A stretch of DNA of 64,000 nucleotides from an uncultured virus (IMG/VR IMGVR_UViG_3300030333_006991) (Duplodnaviria; Heunggongvirae; Uroviricota; Caudoviricetes), in the IMG/VR virus record IMGVR_UViG_3300030333_006991. One strand, given 5' to 3'. A program made the translations under genes and the position numbers. A model generated the notes under the pieces. It was given only the letters and a program-made list of their open reading frames with translations, made no database searches and was not told the origin of the DNA. Positions 8,500 through 17,079 of the stretch are shown here, in pieces (within the stretch, counting starts at the first letter, position 1; each line of letters begins with the position of its first letter).

Positions 8500-10839
8500 A
8501 TGGTTAGGAATATCGTATTAGAAGATTATTATGATGAATACCTTGATGAGTTGGGTGAATCCGCTCTCACAGGTTATTCTACCGCATGGTTGTTCAAAAG
8601 AGCCGACCCTACCGCTTACCGTATAGGATTAAATGAATATACGGATGAATTAGAAGAAGAGTGTCGTCCTACGCCTCCTGACTTTGAACCATGTTATACG
8701 GAACGAGACATGGAGGAATACTATGATGAAATGCTCGATGAAATTGGAACCGAATGGCTCGCTGACCGTTACTCGATTGCATGGCTTATCAAAAGAGCCG
8801 ACCCTACGGCTTACCGTGTAGGATTAAATGAGTATGAAGATATGGTGAATGAAGATAATGAGGCGGAAACATTCGCTGCCCATGAAACTAATTGTGATTG
8901 CTACCAATGTGAACGGAAGAAATGGGATGCTCGCTCGTATTGGGAAAAACAGATTCTTTTAGACGACCCTGAGCAATATCATCGGAAAAGTCGGGATTTA
9001 GGGTGGAATGAAACTCGTAAATGTCGAAGGTGTGCAAAATGGGGTGGAGAGGTCTATGGGGCTAAAGTTACGGAATACAATGATGGGCTTCGCTTATACC
9101 ATTATGAAGATTGTGGGTGTGGAGTTTACGACCATTCCATCCGTAATCGTAGACGCAAAAAATGGCGAAGAGAAAAGAGTAGGATTCGTCAAGAGGAGAT
9201 GAATGCTCTCATCCGCAAAAGAGAACAGGAAAACAGGCAACGAGAGGCACGAAAAAAGGCACAGAAAAAATGGTGGCAATTTTGGCGGGCTGAAGATTCT
9301 GATTTAGGGCAATATGCGGCAGAAGAAGAGAGTAAGGGGAGGTATATCCCTGCAACTGAAGGTTACACTAAAGTCGCTCATTGGTCTGTGAATCCTATTT
9401 ACGCAACAAAAGGTAATACTTCATGTAGAGATGGTTGTGGAAAAAGAGCGAAATACAAGTGTCTTAATTGTGACTATGATTGGTGTGAAGACCACTTTGG
9501 TTTGCTCTCGGTAGAGTGGCCTGATGAACCTATGTGTTATAGATGTAAAAATGATATGGATGAATCGTGGGCGGAAGGTTTTGATACAGAATACAATTTC
9601 GTGATGTCGGATATTGGCGAGGCTGATGAACGAGTAGAGGAAAAACTTGATGAAGGTTGGAAACTCTATGGCGACCCTGTGGTTTTTGAGAAACAAGATT
9701 TCACAGTGTTCGGTCAAGGCATGACGAAAGACGCTGAAACTTTTCACGCAGACCCTCTTTTACAGGCTATCAAAGACCGAGAAAAGGCACGAAAGGCAGG
9801 AACGGTGAAACTACAAGGAATGCCACGGACGAAAGGAACGAAAGCCGAAGATGTGAAAGTAGGTGATGTGTTAGTTTGGAATCAAGGAGGCACATCTCAG
9901 GTGATGAGTATTACTCCTAAAGGTAAGCAATCTCTTTTATGGAAAACTCGCACTGAAGATGGTCGTGAATGGGAACGAACCGTGCGAAAGAACAGATTAG
10001 TAGTTGTAGCCCGACCTAACGGTTGGATTGCTAAAAAATATGCTGATATGAAATCAGAATCCTTCACATCCGATGAAAGTCCGTGTAGCCGATGTGGAAA
10101 GGTAGAGTGTAATTGGTGGTATCACGAAGTCCCACTTAAATGTTATTTTTGTAAAAAAGGTGTTGGCTACAAAGGAGAGCCTCTTCAACATGATGCTACG
10201 AGAGAAAGAGTATACCATCCTTCTTGTTACGCTAAATCTCTTGGAGAGGGGAGAGATTTTCACGCTTTTAGGGCAGAAGAAAAGAAAACCGAAATTGATT
10301 GGGGCATACACGATAACCCTCTAAAAGTAGTGGAATTGATTCAGGATGCAGGTTTTACAGACGATTGGGATTTAGCAGCGTTGGGTGGTGAAGGAGCGTT
10401 ATCTTCTAAGATTGGAGCCTCTCACCCTAAAGGAGTCGTTCACGCTTGTAGTGTGTGTGAAGACATGGAGCATACCGCTTCATCTTGTAAAGGTATACGA
10501 TGGGAAGTGTTCAGTAACTTTGAAATGTGGTATATGTGTGACCGAGTTTTACAAGAGAGTATAGAGAACAGAACAGAAGATATGGAGGAAGTGATTGAAA
10601 CTGCTATGTTTAATCGTAATCGGAGTTTAGATGAACCGAAAAAGAGAGCGGCTTTTGACCATCCTATTGACCCTGTGGAGTGGATATACGATGTGCAACC
10701 TATGAATTGGGAAATGCGTCATGGTTTTGACGCAGAATCACAAGTAGAGATGTCTAAGCCTATGAGTTTCTATGTTGGTGTCGTGGCAGGTTTAGGTGGG
10801 TTTTTAGCCCTCAGAAGTTATTTTCAAAATCAGGAATGA
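8500..10839 (+). CDS. FxAE-linker modular protein (duplicated acidic DPTAYR module, several Cys/His Zn modules, SH3-like module, C-terminal TM)
   Basis: Linkers EAETFAA, WAEGFDTE, DAETFHAD, SESFTSD, FRAE, FDAE; terminal FYVGVVAGLGGFLAL. Confidence 0.8.
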   Translation: MVRNIVLEDYYDEYLDELGESALTGYSTAWLFKRADPTAYRIGLNEYTDELEEECRPTPPDFEPCYTERDMEEYYDEMLDEIGTEWLADRYSIAWLIKRADPTAYRVGLNEYEDMVNEDNEAETFAAHETNCDCYQCERKKWDARSYWEKQILLDDPEQYHRKSRDLGWNETRKCRRCAKWGGEVYGAKVTEYNDGLRLYHYEDCGCGVYDHSIRNRRRKKWRREKSRIRQEEMNALIRKREQENRQREARKKAQKKWWQFWRAEDSDLGQYAAEEESKGRYIPATEGYTKVAHWSVNPIYATKGNTSCRDGCGKRAKYKCLNCDYDWCEDHFGLLSVEWPDEPMCYRCKNDMDESWAEGFDTEYNFVMSDIGEADERVEEKLDEGWKLYGDPVVFEKQDFTVFGQGMTKDAETFHADPLLQAIKDREKARKAGTVKLQGMPRTKGTKAEDVKVGDVLVWNQGGTSQVMSITPKGKQSLLWKTRTEDGREWERTVRKNRLVVVARPNGWIAKKYADMKSESFTSDESPCSRCGKVECNWWYHEVPLKCYFCKKGVGYKGEPLQHDATRERVYHPSCYAKSLGEGRDFHAFRAEEKKTEIDWGIHDNPLKVVELIQDAGFTDDWDLAALGGEGALSSKIGASHPKGVVHACSVCEDMEHTASSCKGIRWEVFSNFEMWYMCDRVLQESIENRTEDMEEVIETAMFNRNRSLDEPKKRAAFDHPIDPVEWIYDVQPMNWEMRHGFDAESQVEMSKPMSFYVGVVAGLGGFLALRSYFQNQE
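8521..8835 (+). repeat. two diverged copies of an ~40-aa module (YYDExLDExG...AWLxKRADPTAYRxGLNEY)
   Basis: Near-identical DNA around AAAAGAGCCGACCCTAC.GCTTACCGT.TAGGATTAAATGA at ~8596 and ~8791. Confidence 0.85.
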
Positions 10840-10848
10840 AACCAAATC

Positions 10849-10859
10849 TTCTTATAGTC
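10849..10859 (+). promoter_or_regulatory. TTCTTATAGTC promoter motif
   Basis: 32 nt before ATG 10891. Confidence 0.8.
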
Positions 10860-10890
10860 GGGATGCCCGATAAAGTTAGAAGGTGCTATT

Positions 10891-11310
10891 ATGGCAAAAA
10901 AGTATGGAAAGAGAAATCGTTATGGAAATCGTTATGTTGCTCGTAACGCTAAGGGACAATTTATCAGTAATGTAGATGTAGGTCGAAGCCTAAAGGCAGA
11001 CCGTAGACGAGATGCGAAGAATTACGCAGGACCAGGTTTCGGTCAAATGGGTGATGCTTCTTCAAAGAAGAGAGGTCTGTTCCGCACAGAGATGCCTGTT
11101 CCTCAGAATTATCCTGAGGGAGATGGTCGTATTCTTGGTCAGTCCGACTCAACCACAAACTACACTCCTGCGGGACTTCATGCTGAAACCTTCTTCGGTG
11201 GAGCCAAGCAAGGATTCGGAGTTACTATGGGTGTGCTTGGCGCACTTGTGGTTGGTGGATTCGCTATGAATATGCTCGGAATGGCATCAGGTGACGCTTC
11301 TGAAGAATAA
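10891..11310 (+). CDS. small basic FxAE-linker membrane protein
   Basis: Basic RYVARNAKGQF..DVGRSLKADRR module, PEGDGRILGQ module, LHAETF, terminal TM. Confidence 0.8.
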   Translation: MAKKYGKRNRYGNRYVARNAKGQFISNVDVGRSLKADRRRDAKNYAGPGFGQMGDASSKKRGLFRTEMPVPQNYPEGDGRILGQSDSTTNYTPAGLHAETFFGGAKQGFGVTMGVLGALVVGGFAMNMLGMASGDASEE

Positions 11311-11323
11311 GGAAGTGTCTTAG

Positions 11324-12763
11324 ATGCCAAACATTTACAAGGGTGATATTGGCTTCAAAGGCCAACAAGCACAAATCATAACCTCACGCAATATCGGTGA
11401 AGATTTGAATTACTCTGTAAATTCAGGAACACTTTTACTCACTGATAAGAAATCAGGAGATATGTTTAGTTATGTGGATGAACCTCAAAAGTTGGAAAAT
11501 TATTCCGCAGGTCGTTTGAAAACTACTTCTCCTCCGCTTTACTGCCCTTCTTGTGCAGCACAACTTATTGGATTTACGAGAGGAAAAAGAAAGATTACCA
11601 TTCCTTTTTGTCCTCTGTGCGCCCCTTCTAATCTTGTGAATTACTCTTCTTTGACTTGTAATGCCTATGAAAATAACGCTATCAAACATTTTGACGCAGA
11701 ACATTCACAAGGTTACGATGATAGAGATGATGAATCCATTGGAATGCGTCACCGAGGTAGACACAAGCAATCCCTAAAAGACCGTAGAGATGAGTCGAAG
11801 GGAATGACTGACCACGATGACCCTCATCACCCTTACTCTGATGTTAGCACTATGAGTGCAGAACATTCACAAGGTTACGATGATAGAGATGATGAATCTA
11901 TTGGAATGCGTCACCGAGGTCATCACAAGCAATCCCTAAAAGACCGTAGAGATGAGTCGAAGGGAATGACTGACCATGATGACCCTCATCACCCTTACTC
12001 TGATGTTAGCACTATGAGTGCAGAATTAACAGGTTCACAATACTATCCTGTCGGAGAAGGTCACATTCTTGGTGATATTACTTCGGATGCTCAATACACT
12101 CCTCTTGGTTCCAATGCTGAAGAAACACCGTCATTGTTTGATGATTGGGAAAACCTCACTTGGGATGAAAGGATTCAATTGTTGCATGATGCAGGTTATC
12201 CTGGTTTGGATGATGATGAAATGAGTGCAGAATATGATTCTCCTTACGGTGAAAGACAAACGACTGTTTTTGGTCTTGTTGGCGGTGGAAATGATTTCGC
12301 TCAAAACCGTGCTGAATCTTTGATGGACACCACTTCTGATGAAGTTATGCCATTCGGTGTTATCGGTGGAGGAAACGATTTCGGACAGAATCTTGCAGAA
12401 GATTTCGGGTCGGAATATCATTTGACTGAAGCCGAAAGAAATCGCCTACCAAAAAGTGATTTCGCTATGCCATCGGAAAGAAAATATCCTATGCCTAACA
12501 CTTACTATGCTAAGAAGGCACTGACTTACGCAAAGTGGCCTAACAACCGAGGCGACCTACGAGAAGTGGAAAGAAATGTTCTCGCTAAATACCCTTCATT
12601 GGATGGTTGGTGGTCAAAGCACCGCCCGAAGAATGCAGAAACTTTTGGTGCGGAATCAAAGGGAACAAATATGTGGATGATGGCTGCTATGGCTGCCGTT
12701 GGATTTGTTGCAGGTATCTCTTTGAAAGACCTGAATACCGATATTGATTCTCAAGAATCGTAA
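11324..12763 (+). CDS. FxAE-linker modular protein (His/Asp tandem repeat, DUF6582-like module, C-terminal TM)
   Basis: FDAE, MSAE, NLAEDFGSE, NAETFGAE linkers; LTEAERNRLPKSDFAMPSERKYPM resembles the phage 'LPDSAFA..RKYP' module. Confidence 0.8.
   Translation: MPNIYKGDIGFKGQQAQIITSRNIGEDLNYSVNSGTLLLTDKKSGDMFSYVDEPQKLENYSAGRLKTTSPPLYCPSCAAQLIGFTRGKRKITIPFCPLCAPSNLVNYSSLTCNAYENNAIKHFDAEHSQGYDDRDDESIGMRHRGRHKQSLKDRRDESKGMTDHDDPHHPYSDVSTMSAEHSQGYDDRDDESIGMRHRGHHKQSLKDRRDESKGMTDHDDPHHPYSDVSTMSAELTGSQYYPVGEGHILGDITSDAQYTPLGSNAEETPSLFDDWENLTWDERIQLLHDAGYPGLDDDEMSAEYDSPYGERQTTVFGLVGGGNDFAQNRAESLMDTTSDEVMPFGVIGGGNDFGQNLAEDFGSEYHLTEAERNRLPKSDFAMPSERKYPMPNTYYAKKALTYAKWPNNRGDLREVERNVLAKYPSLDGWWSKHRPKNAETFGAESKGTNMWMMAAMAAVGFVAGISLKDLNTDIDSQES
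11696..12019 (+). repeat. 2 x 162-bp near-perfect tandem repeat (54 aa)
   Basis: Units start at GCAGAA (AE) at 11696 and 11858; the next AE is at 12020. Confidence 0.95.
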
Positions 12764-12779
12764 AGCGGTTAAAGTCGTA

Positions 12780-12793
12780 GCATTCTTATAGTG
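12780..12793 (+). promoter_or_regulatory. GCATTCTTATAGTG promoter motif
   Basis: 31 nt before ATG 12824; TTCTTATAGTGGTTCTGCCAC is shared with 55278. Confidence 0.8.
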
Positions 12794-12823
12794 GTTCTGC
12801 CACATTCACAGTGGAGAATTACT

Positions 12824-14116
12824 ATGTCTTACAAAATTGCATCCCCTTTAGCATCCTACACAGTGGATGAATTAGTTTCCTCTAAGGCAGGACCGCAAGG
12901 AACGGCTGCTTACGATGAAATGGTTTACGACCCTGTTGCTCAAGACCGTTTGAGTGCTGAATTTTCACTTTCCCTTGAAGTGAATGCAGAGATTACCACT
13001 GTTATCCTTGTAGATTTATCAGGTTCAACAGGGCAAGGAATAGGGCAAGCATGGCCGAGCGGTGAATCCTATTCTATGGCTGATTTGTTCTATGAAGAAG
13101 TCAAAGCCCTTGTAAGGGCGTTGCCGAATCGAGATGTCGTGATATTAGGTTATGGTTCATATAATGGCGATGGTTGGCTTGGAGAGAAGCATGGAAGATA
13201 CACAAGAAGGTTATCACTCGATAGGGATGAATCTTGGCGTTCTATGGGTGGCACAATTCCTATCTCCTCTGAGTTGATACAAGCCATTCACACAAAAGTA
13301 GGTGGCTACGGCACTTCTGCTCATACACCAATACAAATTATCAATATCTCAGATGGGCTTCCTATGGATTACTTACCATTGAATATGTCCTTGAGTGCTG
13401 AAACTTTCAATGCTGAGAAAAGAACAAGGAGGCCATCGAGAGATAAAGGCATGGAAGATGTATGGTGGGCTTACAAAATTGATGAAGACCATTGGCAAGA
13501 TTTCCTTCGATACAAACGCAGAAATAAAGATACAGGTTGGTCTGAAAAAGAAATGTTTGTGGAATGGAGACACGAAAGAAATTGGGAAAATGACGAAGAA
13601 ATAAATTATTATTTGAGGTATTTCGACAATCCTGAGTCGGCTAAGAAGTGGATTGGAGGCAGAAGTAAAATAATCTATGACCACGATGAAATTTATTGCG
13701 AGGGTAACGAGGACAATTGCGATGAGCATATCCGAGTTTACGGTATGTTGGATAACGAACACATAGATTACGCTCTTAACGGGGCAGGGATGCCTGAGTG
13801 GGACAATTACCCTCTCCTTTTCAGTAGTAAAGTGGATTCATCCCCTAAATATCATGCAGAAGAGTTTGGGGCGCAGACCGAAGCGAAGAGGGCTTTGAAA
13901 CTTCTACGCAGAAAGTCGTCTAAGCAAAGAACCCAAAATCGCAAACAAGCGAGGAAGGTGAAGGCAGATAAATACGGCTCTGAGGAAAGGGCGGAAACGG
14001 ATTCTTCAAAGGGATTTATTGCTGATGCTAACTATGGAGCAGGTGCAACCTTTGGGGTTATTGGTGCTTTATTCACAGGAGGCTTCTTAATGTCTCTTTT
14101 AGGTAGAAGGTCGTGA
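12824..14116 (+). CDS. FxAE-linker modular protein containing a compact vWA module, C-terminal TM
   Basis: VILVDLSGST..MGGT..ISDGLP bounded by VNAE and LSAETFNAE. Confidence 0.8.
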   Translation: MSYKIASPLASYTVDELVSSKAGPQGTAAYDEMVYDPVAQDRLSAEFSLSLEVNAEITTVILVDLSGSTGQGIGQAWPSGESYSMADLFYEEVKALVRALPNRDVVILGYGSYNGDGWLGEKHGRYTRRLSLDRDESWRSMGGTIPISSELIQAIHTKVGGYGTSAHTPIQIINISDGLPMDYLPLNMSLSAETFNAEKRTRRPSRDKGMEDVWWAYKIDEDHWQDFLRYKRRNKDTGWSEKEMFVEWRHERNWENDEEINYYLRYFDNPESAKKWIGGRSKIIYDHDEIYCEGNEDNCDEHIRVYGMLDNEHIDYALNGAGMPEWDNYPLLFSSKVDSSPKYHAEEFGAQTEAKRALKLLRRKSSKQRTQNRKQARKVKADKYGSEERAETDSSKGFIADANYGAGATFGVIGALFTGGFLMSLLGRRS

Positions 14117-14120
14117 AATA

Positions 14121-14243
14121 ATGGATGATACGATAGAACAAGGAGCCAAATGGGGTGCAGGATTCGCACTTGGATGGGTCGCTGTTTCCATCGGCTTAGG
14201 TGTCGCAGGGATTACTCTTGCCTATTTGTTAAACAATAGGTGA
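14121..14243 (+). CDS. 40-aa single-TM protein (stand-alone anchor-like)
   Basis: Read manually: MDDTIEQGAKWGAGFALGWVAVSIGLGVAGITLAYLLNNR. Confidence 0.65.
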   Translation: MDDTIEQGAKWGAGFALGWVAVSIGLGVAGITLAYLLNNR

Positions 14244-15232
14244 GTCGTGTGGTTAAGAAAAAGGGAAGAGTCCGATATTTAGGGGGAAAACCTCGTAAAC
14301 CTCGGAAGTTGAAACGAGACAAAAATATTACTCCTGAGGAAGCGAAAGACCGTCTTTCTTTTAGCGCAGATTCTATGTTTGTAAGAGGTGAGGATGGGCA
14401 ATTTGGAGGGATGAAATCTCAACAACCACTCCCCCCTAAACAAGAATGCAAAGTTTGTAACAGTAAAAATGTTCAATTAAGTCAAAAAGATGATGTGACC
14501 ACATGGTTGAGAATCAAATGTGATACTTGTGGTGATTTGAGTGATTGGGATAAGGATAACCTGAAAGAAGAGTTTGATGATAAAGGTTATCCAACTTGCA
14601 CTGAATGTTTCCCGTCTTTCGTTGTAGGAGTAGACACTCCTAATTCTTACACTCCTGTTGATACTTGGGAAGAAGAAACCACTACAACGATTGGTTCATG
14701 CCACGAATGCGGCTATGAAGCCCCATACAATCATCGTCAGATGCGTCACTCCTATTTGTTGGGTGCTGAATCTTTTAGCGCAGAAGGCGGTATGGATGTT
14801 TTTACGCAAATGATTATGTTGGGATTTCTTGACCACAGTTACGCTGTTGCAGCCATAGAGCAGCAGGATGTTTCACCATCCCACCTCATACCAATTTATG
14901 AACGGATGCAAGAGGCGTGGGGAGGTCAAGACGGGATGCTTGATTATTTGCGTCTTGCTCAGAATAATCCTGCTGAAGGAAGGTTGTTTGCTAAAACCAT
15001 GATGTATGATAGTGGGCAAGTAAGAGATGATAAAATAAAATATTTGTGGAGTTTCGATGATGAGTATAGTGAAGCCGATTGGAGAAAAGAGTTTGAACAC
15101 ACGCTTAATTCAGCAAGTTTTAAGGCGGAAACCTCTCAATCTTTACTTTCAAGTATTCCGTTGAGTTTGTTAGCCGTAGGAACGGGAATCTTAGCCTCAT
15201 CACTCGTTTATTGGAATAGGCAACGAGAATAG
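14240..15232 (+). CDS. FxAE-linker modular protein (basic N-terminus, Zn ribbons, C-terminal TM)
   Basis: FSAD, LGAESFSAE, FKAE; CKVC..CDTC and CTEC..CHEC. Confidence 0.8.
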   Translation: MSRVVKKKGRVRYLGGKPRKPRKLKRDKNITPEEAKDRLSFSADSMFVRGEDGQFGGMKSQQPLPPKQECKVCNSKNVQLSQKDDVTTWLRIKCDTCGDLSDWDKDNLKEEFDDKGYPTCTECFPSFVVGVDTPNSYTPVDTWEEETTTTIGSCHECGYEAPYNHRQMRHSYLLGAESFSAEGGMDVFTQMIMLGFLDHSYAVAAIEQQDVSPSHLIPIYERMQEAWGGQDGMLDYLRLAQNNPAEGRLFAKTMMYDSGQVRDDKIKYLWSFDDEYSEADWRKEFEHTLNSASFKAETSQSLLSSIPLSLLAVGTGILASSLVYWNRQRE

Positions 15233-15244
15233 TTTTTCGTAGCC

Positions 15245-15255
15245 TTCTTATAGTC
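15245..15255 (+). promoter_or_regulatory. TTCTTATAGTC promoter motif
   Basis: 30 nt before ATG 15285. Confidence 0.8.
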
Positions 15256-15284
15256 CTTCTGTTCAATATCATTGAGTGAACGCT

Positions 15285-17069
15285 ATGTCTAAACAGTTGA
15301 GTCCCAATACTCAAGAAATCTTCATTCTTATAGATGAGAGGTTGATGGCTGCTAAGAATCCTAAAAGAAGTCGCCATCCTCGTTATTTCATAGTCGCAGC
15401 CTATTCGTCTAAAATGAAGGCTGAAGAAGCGGCAGACGGGTATCTTGACGCATTAAGTTTCGCTCCTAAAGGAGGAAGTGGTCAAGGTTGGAAACAAGGA
15501 AAACTCACAGGAGAGATTTCCAAGACCACGACAAGCGGAAAAACCAATGAAAAGTATGGCGAAGTTTACGCTACTTACAGAGATGATGATGCCGTTTTAG
15601 GACATCTACGCATTCTCAAGGTTAATATCAACCGACCACCTGAAGATGAAATTGATTACATGACCGCAGAACATTTTGCAGGAGAAATGAAATCTCTTGT
15701 TCAAACTTATGTGGAATTGCGTTATCCTGATGATGAGGAAATGCAAACTGCTCTTTTTGAAAATATCACTTCAGGTAAGCCCTCAGTTTCACTTGAAGAA
15801 ATCCGAGATTATGTGAACGCTCGCTCGGCTTGGTATGCTGAATCCTTTGGTTCGGAGGCAGAATCCACATATTATCTTGTTACCTTTGAGGTGCGTGATG
15901 GAGAACGAGAATACTTACATCGTTCTATTTATTCTGCCGATGCCAAAGATATGTCCGACAAAGAATTGATTGCGGAGGAGTGGGGGGAAGAGAACCCTCA
16001 AGATGATGATTACAAAGGATTCCATTGGGTCTATGATGAAATCTTGGTGAGAGTTTATTCCAAGAAACCTATGGATGGTAAGACAAGGAAAATATTCAAT
16101 GAATACGGATTATATGCGGAAACCTTTAACGCCCCTTATGCGGGCGCAGGTGCGCTCATGGATATTACGAAAGACACTTCGCTTGGCAACTTTACCTCTA
16201 AGGAATTAACTGAATCGAGTGCGATTCATGGAGATTTCGACCATGCGAGTTTGAATTATTCAGGTCATCAGAACATCGAAGCAAGGGCTGAATCTTTTAG
16301 CGCAGAAACCTCTAAGAACGCTCTTGTTCTCGGAACCGTAGCGGGTGAACCTGCTATGATGGTTTTCATACAAGGGAAGGAAGACGATAACGGTTTTACC
16401 ACAGGAAGAATCATTGGATGTGATTCTGAAGAAGAAGTTATCGAGGAAGCGGAAAAGATTCGTGATGCAGTAGGTCTTGAACGATTGAAGAAATCCACTC
16501 AAAGTTGGGAAAGGAATGTAAAGAGCCATGCAGAATCCTTCGGTGCAGAATATACACCTTTACAAACCGACACTTTGATTTGTGGACAGTGTGATGAGCC
16601 TATGGAACGCCATCATAATGCAAAATGGTTGGAAAATGATTATGTGTGTAGAGCCTGTAATCATGGTTACAGATTTGACGGTATTTGGGATTACACTTGG
16701 GACGATGTTCCTTTGGAAGAAAGAGTTGCTTGGTTTGAGGCGGAATCATTCTCTCAATGGTCACAAGATGAAATGAACGAGCCTTCTCATAAAGGGCGGA
16801 AAATGGAGTTTGACGATTGGTTGGATGAGGAAATAGAATCGCATGGAGATATTCCGTTGTCTGAATGGGGTTACGAAGAAGAACATGACGAACCTGAGCA
16901 TCAACACAGTGAATCATTCAATGCAACAAAAGGAATAGACACTTTTGCAGAACCTTTTGAGGACTTAGACGACTTTTACAGTGGCACGAAAGGAGCCGTA
17001 AAATTTGTCGGCTTAGGTGTCTTGGTAAGTGTCGGAATATGGATGACGAAGAATAAACTACTAAAGTGA
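15285..17069 (+). CDS. FxAE-linker modular protein with at least 7 modules, C-terminal TM
   Basis: TAEHFAGE, YAESFGSE, YAETFNA, RAESFSAE, HAESFGAE, EAESF, HSESFNA. Confidence 0.8.
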   Translation: MSKQLSPNTQEIFILIDERLMAAKNPKRSRHPRYFIVAAYSSKMKAEEAADGYLDALSFAPKGGSGQGWKQGKLTGEISKTTTSGKTNEKYGEVYATYRDDDAVLGHLRILKVNINRPPEDEIDYMTAEHFAGEMKSLVQTYVELRYPDDEEMQTALFENITSGKPSVSLEEIRDYVNARSAWYAESFGSEAESTYYLVTFEVRDGEREYLHRSIYSADAKDMSDKELIAEEWGEENPQDDDYKGFHWVYDEILVRVYSKKPMDGKTRKIFNEYGLYAETFNAPYAGAGALMDITKDTSLGNFTSKELTESSAIHGDFDHASLNYSGHQNIEARAESFSAETSKNALVLGTVAGEPAMMVFIQGKEDDNGFTTGRIIGCDSEEEVIEEAEKIRDAVGLERLKKSTQSWERNVKSHAESFGAEYTPLQTDTLICGQCDEPMERHHNAKWLENDYVCRACNHGYRFDGIWDYTWDDVPLEERVAWFEAESFSQWSQDEMNEPSHKGRKMEFDDWLDEEIESHGDIPLSEWGYEEEHDEPEHQHSESFNATKGIDTFAEPFEDLDDFYSGTKGAVKFVGLGVLVSVGIWMTKNKLLK

Positions 17070-17079
17070 GGTGCGGAAA

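Noticed and set aside
11696..12019. Tandem repeats as a CRISPR array
   Set aside because: Two in-frame 162-bp coding units with no spacers and no cas genes
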